DNA from: Chiloscyllium plagiosum
Taxonomy: Eukaryota
Reading direction: 5' to 3'
Length of the DNA: 44,492 nt
NCBI RefSeq assembly: GCF_004010195.1
Contig: NC_057719.1
Location: 39,312,712 to 39,357,203 of the forward strand
Shown piece by piece: positions 1 to 11,505 of the stretch. Positions within the stretch are counted from its first letter, which is position 1; the number at the start of each line of letters is the position of its first letter. The position numbers were made by a program, and so were the translations under genes. The notes under the pieces were generated by a model. It searched no databases. It had not been told where the DNA came from and saw only the letters and a program-made list of their open reading frames with translations.

Positions 1-129
1 TATCCTGTCTATACCTGACATATGCTTCCTTCTTTTTCTTAACCAAACCCTCAATTTCTTTAGTCATCCAGCATTCCCTATACCTACCAGCCTTTCCTTT
101 CACCCTGACAGGAATATACTTTCTCTGGA
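1..129 (-). mobile_element. CR1-clade LINE ORF2 fragment, cut by window edge
   Basis: Reverse complement encodes ...CWMTKEIEGLVKKKKEAYVRYRQ, the typical CR1 ORF2 endonuclease-RT linker; a similar segment is at ~4280-4340 (+). Confidence 0.8.
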
Positions 130-658
130 GATCTGCAAGTCTTTACAGAACACTTAGCTTGGAGCAGCAGCAGCTGGGAGGTGGGGACAGTAACCGGTAA
201 GCCTTTAAATCTGAGAGGGACTCAGTAATCGGTAGGCCTATAAATCTAAAATGGCGCGGATTTGGGCCTAGTCTTTACAGGGCACTTAGCTTGGAGAAAC
301 AGCAGCTGGGAGAGACACAGTAACCAGAAAATTGCAGTAGGAACACTGAGAATCTTCAGTGTGGCTCTTGCTGACATCATAGAACTTCAGGCTACGGATC
401 GGCGAGTACTGGGCACCTGACAATTATTGGTTAACTGTTTCTTATTCTACAACTTTAGAGCAGTGGGAACTTAGTTACAGTTAACCTTTTCAAAACCTTA
501 GTCATAGAGTGGGAAGTTGAACAAAATCAGACAAATAATTCTAGTCTAAGGCATTAATTGCAAGTTTAAGAGATGTCAGGACAGGCCTCCCGAATGGAAT
601 GTGCAGCTTGTCATATGTGGGGAGTCCTGGATGCTACCTGTGTCCTAGATGACCACAT

Positions 659-1397
659 AGGGATCTTGATGAAATGGGTCAATGGGCTGAAAAATGGTAG
701 ATGGAGTTCAACCTGAATAAACGTGAAGTATTGCATTTTGGTACAACAAACAAGGGTCAAGCTTATATGGTTAATGGTAGGGCCTTGGATAGTGTTGTAG
801 AACAGAGGGACCTAGGAGTGCAGGTACATAATTTTAAAATTTGCATCACATATAGGCAGGGAGATTAAAAAGGTATTTGGCACACTTGCCTTCATTACTC
901 AGTCCTTTTGAATACAGGAGTTGGGAAGTCATGTTGAGGTTGTGTAGGATAGTGCGGAGGCCTCTTCTGGAATACAGTTTAGTTTGGTAAAGAAAGGCTG
1001 GGACTTATTCTCACTGAAGAGTAGGAGATTGAGAAGCGATCTTATAGAAGTTTATTAAATAATGAGCGGTATAGATAGGGTTAATGGTAGTTGTCTTTTT
1101 CCTAGGATAGGGGATTTCAAAACCAAAGGGAGACAATATTAAGGTGAGTGGAGAGAGATTTTAAAAACATTATGCGAGTAATTTGTTTTATACAGAGGGT
1201 GGTTAGTGTGTGGAATGAACTCCCAGAAGAAGTGATAGATGTGGGTACAATTACGACATTTAAAAGATATTTGGATAAGTACATGAATAGGAAAGGTTTG
1301 GAGGGATATGGCCCAGAATCAGGCAGGTGGGACTGGATTAGTTTGGGATTATGGACTAGTTGGACTGAAGAGTCAGTTTCCATGCTTTGTGACTGTA
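659..1397 (+). mobile_element. 5'-truncated CR1/HER1-type 3' fragment inserted in the ORF1 zinc finger of element A
   Basis: RT C-terminus (WAEKW.MEFN; QRVVSVWNELPEEV; FKRYLDKYM) and 3' UTR similar to the copies at 34132-35132 and 38155-38698. Host codons rejoin across it. Confidence 0.85.
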
Positions 1398-3766
1398 TGT
1401 ACAGAAAGTGCTACCAGCTGCCGAAGCTGAAGCTCCAGGTCTTTGAGCTTGAGCAGCTTCTGGAAACACTGTGGCACATCTGCAAGGCTGAGAATCACAT
1501 GGCCAGCACGCTTAGAGAGGTGGTCTCAGTACCGCTCAAGGCACTAGAGGAAAAAAGGGAATGGGTGACTACTAGACAGTCCAGAAAGAACAAGCAGGTA
1601 ATGCAGGAGTCCCCTGTCGTCCCACTCACTAACCGGTATTCCATTTTGGAAGCTGATGGGAGTGCTGATACCTCAGAGGAATACAGTCATGGTCAAGCCT
1701 CTGGCACCGTTAGCAGCTTGACTGTACAGTAGGAGAAGAAGAAAGGAAGAGCAATAGTGATAGGTGATTCTTTAGTGGGGGGAGTAAACAGGCATTTATG
1801 TGGCAGAAGACGTGAACTCCAGGATGGTGTCTTGCTGCCCTGATGGGAGGGATGTCACGTATCTCACTGAACAGCAGCCTGAGAGGGCAGGGTCATGAGT
1901 TAGAGGTCCTGGTAGATGTTGGTACCAATGATATAGGCAAAGTGAGGAATGAAGTCTTGCATCAAGAGTTCAGGGAGCTAGGCAGCAGATATAAAAAAGA
2001 CCTCAATGGTTGTAATCTCTGGATTACTCCCAATGCCATGTATTTACTAGCTGAGAAATAGGAAAATAGGACAGACGAATGCATGGCTCAAGAGTTGGTG
2101 CAAGAGGGAGGGTTTTAGATTCCTGGATCACTGGTCCCACTTTTTCAAAAATAGTTCATGTCAAATGGGATGGTCTACACCTGAACCATGTTGGGATCAA
2201 CATCCTTGCAGGTAGGTTGGCCAGTGGTGTTGGGAGGACTTAAACCAGTCTGGGAGGGGAGGGGACACAGGCTATCAATGAAACAGTCACACAGGCTAAA
2301 GCAAAGGAAGCAACTCACAGTGAGTTCAGCTATGTTGGGTGTCAAGAGAGTAAGGCAAGGCTGGATGGTCTTTAATGCTAGGAATGTAATGGGCAAGACT
2401 GACGAGTTAATGGTGTGGATTGATACATGGAAATATGACATTGTTACCATTACAGAAACACAGTTGAGGGAAGGGCTGGACAGGAAACTCAACATTCTGG
2501 AATATTGGATCTTTAGGCTGGACAGAAGAGGTGTGTAAAAAAGGTGGTGGTGTAACACTATTAATTAAGGAGTCAATTGCAATAAGGAGGGATGATACCT
2601 TGGAAGGATCCTCAAATGAGACTTTGTGGTTAGAACTTAGGAACAAGGAAAAAGATGATCTGAAAAGATAGCTTTAGACTGGGGAAAGGCAAGTTTTAGT
2701 AAAATAAAGTAGGATTCGGCCACATTAAACTGGGAACAGCTCCTTGGAAGTAAGCTTCACTTAGGTGGATCATTGGGATCCCTTCCAGGGAAGGTGGGAC
2801 CTGTACAAGGAGGAAGGGTTGCACCTAAACTGGACAGGCACCAACATCCCAGTAGGGAGGTTCTATAGTGCCCCTTGGGAGGGTTTAAACTAGTATGGCA
2901 GAGGGGTGGGATCTGGAGCAGCAGGTCAGAAAGTTGAGACTGGGGAAGAGCTTGAATCCAAGGCAAATATAGCTAAGAGGAAGAGCAGTCAGGGAAAGTT
3001 TGCTGAGCTCAGCGGAACTGGAGGCGTGGACTGTATTTGCTTCAATGCAAGAAGTATAACAGGATGAACAGCCTGCAATTATAATGTTGCCAAATTAAGA
3101 GACATGGTTGAAAGAGGGACAGGATTGTTAGCTTTACATTCCAGGATTTCAATGTTTTAGATGAGATATAGAAGGAGGCAAGAGAGATGGGGTAGTTGCA
3201 TTACTGGTTAGGAAGCATATCAGAGCTGTGTAGAGGGAGGTCACCCTGGAAGAATCTTGCAGCAAGGCATTGTGGATAGAACTCAGGAATAGGAAGCATG
3301 CAATCATAATGCTGGCAATGTACTCCAGACCACCCAGCTGCCAGCGGAAGATGGAGAAAGAAATATGTTGTCAGATTCTAGAAAGATGTGAAAATAACAG
3401 GATAGTTGTGGTGAGTGATTTAAACATCCCCCATATTGACTGGGACTCCCTTAGTGCCGGGGGTGTTTAGATGGGGAGCAATTTGTTCAGTGTCCAGGAG
3501 GTTTGTTTTTGAAACAGCATGTGGATAGTCCAATGAGGGCCATTACTGGACCTGGTATCAAAATTTCAGTGGGGGAACATTTTGGGAATAATGACCTTAT
3601 TTCCATAAGTTTTCAGATACATATGGATAAAGACAAGAGTGGACCTCAGATGAAGGTGTTAAATTGGGGAAAGTCCAACTCTAAGTGAATTAGGTAAGAA
3701 TTGGAGAATGTTGAATGGGAGTAGTTGTTTGAAGGTAAATCCAGATCTGATATGTGGAGGTCTATT

Positions 3767-4126
3767 CATAGAATCCCTACAGTGTGGAAGCAGGCCATTT
3801 GGCCCATTGAGTCTATACCAACTCTCCGAAGAGCACCTCAACTAGACCCATCTACCTACTCTGTCCCTGTAATCCAGTGTTTCCCACCTAGATAGCCCAC
3901 ATGGATAGCCCACCTAGTCTGCATATCATGTCCATTATGGTTAACTTAGCACGGCCAATCCACCTAACCTGCATATCTTTGGACTGTGCAAGGAAACCAG
4001 AGCAACCCGCAGAAACCCATACATAGGGAAAATGTGCAAACTCCACACAGACAGTCACCCAAGAGTGGAATCGAACCCAGGTCCCTGGAGCGATGAGGCA
4101 GCAATGCTAACCATTGTGCCACCCTG
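3767..4126 (-). mobile_element. HE1-type tRNA-derived SINE
   Basis: Reverse complement has A box (tggcacaatggttagc), B box (ggttcgattcc), the gtgtggagtttgcaca body and a LINE-shared tail (gcctgcttccacactgtagggattctatga). Confidence 0.9.
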
Positions 4127-4136
4127 TAAATTCTCA

Positions 4137-4208
4137 TTCCTTGACCAGGAATCGAACTTGGGCCAAGGTGGTGAAAGTGCCAAGGCCTAACCACTAGACC
4201 ACCAGGCA
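4137..4208 (-). pseudogene. tRNA-Glu(TTC) pseudogene / tRNA-derived module
   Basis: Reverse complement TGCCTGGTGGTCTAGTGGTTAGGCCTTGGCACTTTCACCACCTTGGCCCAAGTTCGATTCCTGGTCAAGGAA (72 nt) aligns without gaps to the vertebrate tRNA-Glu sequence as I recall it, with about 12 mismatches, many CpG-type. TTC anticodon; stems disrupted. Confidence 0.85.
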
Positions 4209-4723
4209 AAGTAAAAGATCAGTTGAGACAGGCAATGTTCCTGTGAAAATGAAAGTCAGGAATAACAAGATTCAAGAACCATGGATGACAGGGGAAATTA
4301 TCAGCTTTGTCAAAAAAAAAGGAAGCATACTTAAGGTCTAGGCAACTGAAACCAGACAAAGTCCTATTTCAGAATATAGAGAAAGTAGGAAGCAGCTCAA
4401 ATGTAGAGTTAGGAGGACTGAAAAGGGCTAGGGAATGCCCTTGGCCAGAAGGATTAAGGAAAATTCCAAGGCATTTTATACATGTATTTAGGAGCAACAG
4501 AGTAACTAGAAAGAATAGGTCCACTCAAGGATAAAGGAGGGATGTTAAGTGTAGAGCCAGAGGAAATGGGTGAGATCCTTAATGAGTATATCTGTATTAA
4601 CCAAACAGCAGGAACTGAGGGATGTTGAGGTTAATAATCTTGAGCACATCAACATTATGAAGGAGGAAGTATTGGTGTCTTGAAATATATTAGGGTACAC
4701 AGGTCCCCAGGACCAAAGATCTA

Positions 4724-4941
4724 GGCAAAAGTGAGGACTGCAGATGCTGGAAACCAGAGTTTAGATCAGAGTGGTGCTGGAAAAGCACAGCAGGTCAGGC
4801 AGCATCCGAGGAGCAGGAAAATCAATGTTTCTGGCAAAAGCCCTTCATCAGGATGAAGGGCTTTTGCCCGAAACGTCAATTTTCCTGCTCCTCATATGCT
4901 GCCTGACCTGCTGTGCTTTTCCAGCACCACTCTGATCTAAA
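4724..4941. mobile_element. Fold-back Penelope-derived short element, family A, copy P1
   Basis: ~90-bp inverted arms (4759-4849 / 4852-4942). Matches the terminus of the coding PLE at 23164. Degenerate TSD ccccaggaccaaagatcta / ccccagacaagatcta. Confidence 0.85.
4822..4852 (-). ncRNA. Minimal hammerhead-like motif, family A, decayed
   Basis: Reverse complement cCTGATGA-a-gggc-tttt-gcca-GAAAcattga. The opposite arm retains GGGCTTTTGCCC-GAAACGTC. Confidence 0.6.
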
Positions 4942-6403
4942 CCCCAGACAAGATCTATCCCAGAAGACTGTGATGCAAGGGAGGAAATAGCTGAGACGTT
5001 AACTGGATATCTTTGCAACCTCTTTGGCCTCAGGCAAGGTTCTAGAGGCCTGGAGAATGGCCAAAACTGTTCCTTTGTTTAAGAAGGGAAATAGTGATAA
5101 TCCAGGTAACTACAGGCTGATGAGCCTGGCGTCAGTGGTGGGGAAGCTGTTAAGAAGACAGTGAGAGACAGGACTTTTTCACATCTGGAAACAAATGGAC
5201 TTGATAGGGATAGGCAGCATGGATTTGTGCAGGGAAGGTTATGTCTCACCAACTTGATTGAGGTTTTTGTGGAGGTAACAAGAATGATTGATGAAGGAAG
5301 GGCAGTAGATGTTGTCTACATGGACTTTAATAAGGTATTTGAAAAGATACCTCATAACAGTCTAGTACAGAAAATAGAGGCTCATGGGATCTGGAGTGAG
5401 CTGGCTAGATCGATACAAAACTGGCTCAATCATTGAAGACAATAGCGGTGGAAGGGTGCTTTTTGGAAAGGAGATCAGTAATTAATGTTGTGCTGCAGGG
5501 ATTAGTGCTGGGATCTTTGTTTATAGTACATATATTATATGTAGGAAAATGTGGGTGGTCTCATTAGTAAGGTTGTGATGATACCAAAATTGGCAGGTTG
5601 CAGAAAGGCAGATTGTCAAGGGATACAGTGGGATATGGATAGATTGCAGATTTGGGCAGAGAAAGGCAGGAGGAGTTGAATATGGACAAATGCTGACTGG
5701 TGCATTTTGATAGGTCAAATTCAGATGTGAATTATACAATAAATGGCAGAACCCTTAAAGCATTAACATCTGGGTGTAAATATCCACATATTCCTGAAAG
5801 TGGCAACACAGATGGATAAGATGGTAGATAAGGTTTATAGAAGGTGCATACACCTCGCACACCTTCATTGACTGTGGCATCGAATATTAAAGTTGGCAAA
5901 TTATGTTAGAACTATATAAAACTTTAATTAGGCCACATTTAGAAAACAGCATGCAGTTCTATTCGCCAAACTACCAGAAGGAGATGGATGCTTTGGAGAG
6001 GGTGTAGAGATGGTTTACCAGCATGTTCCTAGTCTGGAGAGTTTTAGGGATGAGGAGAAGTTGGGTAAACTCAGATTTTTTTCATCAGAAAGACAGAGGC
6101 TGAGGGGCAACAAGTGATCAAAATTGAGAGACGTAGATAGGATGGATAATCTGAGGCTTTTCCCCAGGGTGGGAAAGTCAATTGCAAAAGGGCACACGTT
6201 CTTACCTTAAGAGGGGGTAAAGGTTAGGGGAGAAATGCAGGCAAAACTTTTCAGAGGGTGATGGGTGCCTGGAAGGCACTGCCTTGGATTTGGTGGAAGC
6301 AGGCATGTTAACAACATTTACGGCATATCTTGATAGACAGATGAACAGGAGATGAACAGAAGGATGCAAACCATGTAAGGGCAATGTGTAGCTGGTCTAA
6401 GTA

Positions 6404-6433
6404 AGAATTAGAATTAGAATTAGAATTAGAATT
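6404..6433 (+). repeat. (AGAATT)5 microsatellite in the CR1 3' UTR
   Basis: Directly visible. Confidence 0.9.
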
Positions 6434-7730
6434 GGTGTACCAAAGGGCCTGTGCCTGTGCTGTATTGTATAAGTCTACAGTGGACCAAATGGGAGGAGGG
6501 GGGAGACATTCAAAAAGAAGCCGGGGAGAGTACAGGTCCAACATAGTACGTTTAAAGGGAAATGAAGGAGCAATAAGTTCACAGGGCTTATTGGGCGTCG
6601 AGGACAATTAGGACTGCACAGAGAAAGTAGGGCATTTAGCAAGTTTGAAGGGAGCAATTCAGCTGTGGCCCTAAGGGAATATAGGAAGTGTAGGAGGGAA
6701 CTTAAGAAGAGCAAAAAGGGGCATGAAAAATGACTTACGAACAGGATTAGGAAGAATCCTAAGATATTTTATAAATACACTAAAAGGAAGAAGTTCCCAG
6801 GGAAACAGTAGGACCCATTAGGGACCAAGGGGGCAACCTGTGAGTGAAGCCACAGGATATTGGAAGGTGGTTGAATAAATACTTCTTCTCTTCGGTCTTC
6901 ACTCTGGAAAAGGAGAATATAGGTACGAATTCAGGAAAAAGGGACTGGGAGGAACTTGCACAGGTGACATAGAAAATGGGAAGGTATTGGAGGCTGGTAG
7001 GCTTAAAGCCAGACAAGAACACTGGCCCAGCTGAAGTGCACCTGCGAGGCGAGGCAGAAAATCGCAGGGGATCTGACACAAATTTTTATTTTCTCTCTGG
7101 CCACAGGGAAGTGCCAGAGGACTGGAGGACAGGTAATGTCATTCCACATTTTAAGAGGGATAGTAGAGGTAAGCCAGGAAATTACAGACTGATGATTGTC
7201 ACGTCAGTGGTAGGGAAATTATTGGAGAAAATTCTGAAGGGAATTAATACCCACTTGGACAGACATGGGCTAATTAGGGATAGTCAGTGTGGCTTCATCA
7301 GAGGGAGATGATGCCTAACAATTTTTTTGAAAATGTAATCAAGCATGTGGATGACAGAAATTTAGTTAATGTAATTTATATTGATTTTAACAAAGCTTTT
7401 GACAAGGTCCCAAACAGGGCACTGATTGAGAAGGTTAAAGCACATGAACTGAGGGAAACTTGATGAAATGGATCAGAAATTAGCTTAGCAATAGGACACA
7501 AAAGATAATGGAAGAAGGCTGTTTGAGTGACTAATGACCACTGTCCATTGGTGTACCACAAGGATCAACATTGGGACCCTTATTGTTTGTTATAGATGAA
7601 AATATGAGAGGAATGTTAAGCAAATTTGCAAGATTGTTAGAGTGGTTAATAGCAAAGAAGTTAATTATAGTTTACAGGAATATATAAATGGGTTGGTCAG
7701 ATGGGCTGACCAGTGGCAGATGGAATTTCA

Positions 7731-8062
7731 CAGAATGATTGAAATCCTACAGCGTGGAAACAGGCCATTCAGCCCATTGAGTCCATACTGACCCTCTGAA
7801 GAACATCCCATCCAGATCCAACCCTCTACCCTACATTTCCCATGGCTAATCCACCTAACCTACATATCCCTAGTCTTTATGGGCAATTTTGCATGGCCAA
7901 AGCACCTAACCTGCACATCTTTGGACTGTGGGATGAAACTGAAGCACACGGAGGGAGCCAATGCAGACATGGGAAGCATGTGCAAATTCCAGTCACCCAA
8001 GGTGGAATTGAATCTGGTGCTGAGAGGCAGCAGTGCTAACTAGTGAACCACCGTGCCACCCT
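7731..8062 (-). mobile_element. HE1-type SINE inserted in element A RT region
   Basis: Same head, body and tail as 3767-4126; host WQMEF / ..KWEVMHF rejoins across it. Confidence 0.9.
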
Positions 8063-9846
8063 CAGAAGTGGGAGGTGATGCATTTTTGAAGAAACAAGAT
8101 GAGGGAGTATTTTATGAATGGCAGGACACTGGGTAGTTTAGAGAAACAGAATGATCTTAGGGTAATTATTCACAGAGCCCTGAAGGTGGCAGAGCATTGA
8201 ATAGGATAGTTAAGAATGCACATGGGCACTTGCTTTCATCAGTGGTAGCACAGAGTATAAGAGCAAGGAGTTGTACAGAGTGTTGGTCAGGCAATAACTG
8301 GAGTACTGTGTGTAGTTCTGGTCACTTCACTACAGGAAGTATGTGACAGCACTAGAGGGGGTCCAGAGTATGGTCACCAGGATACTTCCTAGAAATGGAG
8401 AAATTGAGCTGTAAGAAGAGATTAGATAGGCTTGGATTGTTTTCTTTAGAGCAGAGAAGACTGAGGAGGGGGGCATGATTGAGGTGTGTAAGATTGAGGG
8501 GTAGGGACAGGGTGAATAGAGAACAGCTGTTCCCCTTGGTTGAGTGATCAATCATAGTTTTAGTGTAAGGGGCAGGAGGTTCAGAGAAGATTTTGAAAAA
8601 AAATGATCAGTCAGTGGGTGGTGGGAATCTGGAATGTATTGCCTGAAAAGGCAATGGAGGCTGGAAATTGTATAACCTTTAAAAAATATTTGGATGAGTG
8701 CTTCAAATATCCTAACAATCAAGGATATGGGCCGAGTGCAGGAAATTGGGATTAGCACACTTTTAGTTATGTTAGTGCAGGCTCGATGGGCTGAAAGGTG
8801 TTTGCTGCACTGTATGACTCTAGGAATCCGTGAGTATTCGTCTTCTAGAGAGTGAGAATGCAGGGGTAATGTAGATAATAAAGAAATGGTGGATGAAACA
8901 AATAATTTGCTTGTCTCTTCACTAAAGAGGATACAAAAAAGAATATTCCAGTAATATCTGTAAATCAGAAAGAAGAGAGAGAGGAAATTAATGAAATTAT
9001 CATTAGGAAAGTGGCTAAAAGCAAACTTGCTGAAATGACAACCACAAGGGAAGTTGTACTAAGCAAACTGATGGAGTTGTATGTTAGAAGATACCAGGTC
9101 CCAGTAGACTAAAAGAGGTGACTAATGAGTGAGTAGATGCATTGGTGTTAACTTTCTAACATTTCCTTGATTCAGAAAACATTCCATCAGACTGGAATGT
9201 TGCAAATATAACCTCTTTATTCAAGAAGGGGAGAGAGGCAGAAAGTAGGAAACTATAGGCCTGTTGTTTTGACATCTATCATGAGAAACATGTCAGAATT
9301 GATCATGACAGAAATTATAGGAGTGCATGTAGAAGTACTAAAGGTAATCAGGAAGAGACTGTGTGGTTTTGTCAAGAAGGAATTGTTAATAAATTTATTG
9401 GAATTATTTGAAGGAATAACATTTGCTATAGATAAAAGGGAGTCTGTAGACACGCTGCAGTTGAATAGTTGAATTTCCAGAAAGTGTTTGATAAGCAATA
9501 CAAAAGGTTGCTGCAGAAAATAAAAAGCTGAGTGTAGGGGTAACATATTAGCATTGGATAGAAGATTGGCTGGCAGAAAACAGAGTATGCAGACCTGGGT
9601 CTTCACCTGATTGGCAGGTTGTGAGGAGTATGGCTCTGCTAGGTTCTGTGCTGGGTCCTCAACCTTTTATAATTTATGTTCATGACTGAGATAAGAGGAG
9701 TGAAAGCATGGTAGCTAAGTTCACAGATCACACCAGGAACTGTAGAAAAGTTAAGTTCTGCAGATGACATAGGAGGTTACTGATTGATTGATTGATTGAT
9801 TAAGTGTGAGTGGGCAAAAATCTGCCAGATGAAGTCCATATTTTTA

Positions 9847-9947
9847 ATATTCAGACATGTTATTAATAACCTCTGAAGCAGATGGGACATGAACGCAGAC
9901 CTTCTAGCTCAGAGGTAGGGACATCACCACAGCACCACAAGAGCCCC
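9847..9947 (-). mobile_element. Short tRNA-derived SINE-like element (~110 bp family)
   Basis: Reverse complement gggctcttgtggtgctgtggtgatgtccctacctctgagctagaaggtctgcgttcatgtccc...; homologues at 25150-25238, 23110-23163+24864-24890 and 36790-36870. Confidence 0.65.
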
Positions 9948-10085
9948 CCAAATAGAGTATAATGTGGCAGAAGTAAAATATTCACTTTGTCAGAAAGAAT
10001 TTTTAAAAAGTGAAGTATTATTTAAATGGAGAATGACTGTTGAAATTGAAGTGCAGAGAGATTTAGTTGTTCTAGGGCATGAGCT

Positions 10086-10297
10086 CGAGAGTGTGGTGCT
10101 GAAAAGGCACAGCAAGCCAGGCAGCATCTGAGGAGCAGGAGAATTAACGTTTCGGACATAAGCTTTTCATTAGGAATGAGCCTGATGAAGGGCTTATGTC
10201 CGATACGTCAATTCTCCTGCTCCTCTGATGCTGCCTGGTCTGCTGTGCCTTTCTATTCTAGACCCTGATCTCCAGCATCTGCAGTCCTCACTTACTC
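10086..10297. mobile_element. Fold-back Penelope-derived short element, family A, copy P2
   Basis: Inverted arms centred at ~10178; CTGATGA at 10182-10188. TSD ctagggcatgagct (10072-10085) / ctagtgcacgagct (10298-10311). Confidence 0.85.
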
Positions 10298-11234
10298 CTA
10301 GTGCACGAGCTGCAAAGGGTTGGTATGCAGGGACAACACTTGATCCTCTCCTTTATGCAAAATTAATTGAATTTAAATGTAAGGTTGTTATACCACAGTT
10401 ATACAGGATACTGGTAGGTCACATCACAAACAATTTCAGTCTCCTTTTTGAAATAAGGATGTAAATGCATTGAAGGTAGTTCAGAGGAGGTTTACCAGAT
10501 TCATAGCTGGAGTGAGTTGGCTGTCTTCTGAAGAGAGGCTGGACAGACTGGGCTTGTTTCCATTAGACCTTAGAACAGTGAGGCGTGACTTAATTGAAAT
10601 GTATAATATCCTGAATGGTCCTGAAAAGATGGAAATGGAAAGGATGTTTTCCTGTGTGTTAGTCCAGAACTAGGGACCATTGTCATAAAATGCCAAAAGG
10701 TAATAGTAAAACAGTAGAAGGGATTTTTTTTTTGTCTCAGTAGTTTGTGAGACTTTGAAACTCTGCCTCAGAAGGCTGTGAGGTGGGATCATTAAATATC
10801 TTTAAGGCAGAAGAAGGTAGATTCTTGTTGGACAAAGAAATCAAATGTTATTTGGGGAAGGTGAGAGTTTGGAATGCGGAACAAATAGTTCAGCCATCTT
10901 TTTGAATGTGGAGCAGAATCAAGGGGCTGAATAGTCTACTTCTGTTCCTATTTTGTATGTTCATGTAGAAAAGAAAGTTGGAAAAATACAACATTTTTTA
11001 AAAACTGTTCATTCCAAAAGGCATTTAAAAATGAAGATAAGCAAGTGAAATTATTGAAATAGCAATATATTGAATGAGAATGAAATGCAATTTTACAATT
11101 TCTGGACATGAGAGTCTGAACACTGGTGAACTCTTGGTTTTATTAGGTTTAAAAATCAGAAGTGAATGTAGGTTAAAGTTATCAATACTAAACTACTTTT
11201 TTTGCTATACTTAAAACTATGTTGCGGATACCTA

Positions 11235-11505
11235 TAAAAAGGAACAGGAGTACGCTATTTGTTCCTTCAAGCTTGCTGTCATTCAATATGCTCTATGATC
11301 ATGGCTGATTATCCCACTTGGTGTCCTGTTCCTACTTTCCCTCTATACCCTTTGATTATTTTATCTCAAAGAACTATGTTTAACTCCTTCTTGAAAGCCA
11401 CCTCAACTCCTTTCTATGACAGAATTCCACAGTCTCCCTATTTTTTGGGTGAAGAAATCTCATCTCAATCCTAAATAGCTTACCCTATATCCTTAAACTG
11501 TGACA
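11235..11505 (-). mobile_element. Decayed CR1-clade 3' end
   Basis: Similar to the 3' end at 15624-15910 (ggaacaggagta...ccattc...tatgatcatggctgat; agaattccaca). Confidence 0.7.

Larger units (their letters stand above)
2755..6472 (+). mobile_element. CR1 LINE (element B), truncated within ORF1, nested in element A
   Basis: Second esterase end (GLHLNWTGTN, ~2815), second APE start (CFNARS, ~3040), RT QHGFVQGRLCLTNL...VYMDFNKVF (5161-5436), 3' tail at ~6470. Element A ORF2 resumes immediately after. Confidence 0.85.
139..8822 (+). mobile_element. Near full-length degenerate CR1 LINE (element A), split by nested insertions; own parts ~139-658, 1398-2754, 6473-7730, 8063-8822
   Basis: ORF1 starts at ATG 573 (MSGQASRMECAACHMW...DDH) and resumes at ~1398 (..RKCYQL, leucine-zipper-like LKLQVFELEQLLETL). 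Esterase motifs GDS (~1764), GTND (1921) and DGLHLN (~2169). ORF2 APE start FNARNVMGKTDEL (~2370), RT GNYRL...VGKLLE (~7180), 3' tail ctgtatgactcta at ~8820. Confidence 0.85.
8835..10965 (+). mobile_element. Older, heavily decayed CR1-clade LINE (ORF2 RT and 3' UTR)
   Basis: DWNVANITSLFKKG (~9190), GSVLG (~9640), KVVQRRFTRFIAG (10470), 3' tail at ~10950. Confidence 0.8.

Noticed and set aside
1148..1732. 194-aa ORF as a gene
   Set aside because: Chimera of an inserted LINE ORF2 end/3' UTR and the host CR1 ORF1.
4137..4208. Functional tRNA-Glu gene
   Set aside because: Mismatches disrupt the acceptor, D and T stems, there is no terminator, and it lies within a LINE.
4724..4941. Hairpins as DNA-transposon MITEs, miRNA precursors or terminators
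   Set aside because: Asymmetric ends, long variable TSDs and identity to the coding Penelope terminus favour a PLE origin.
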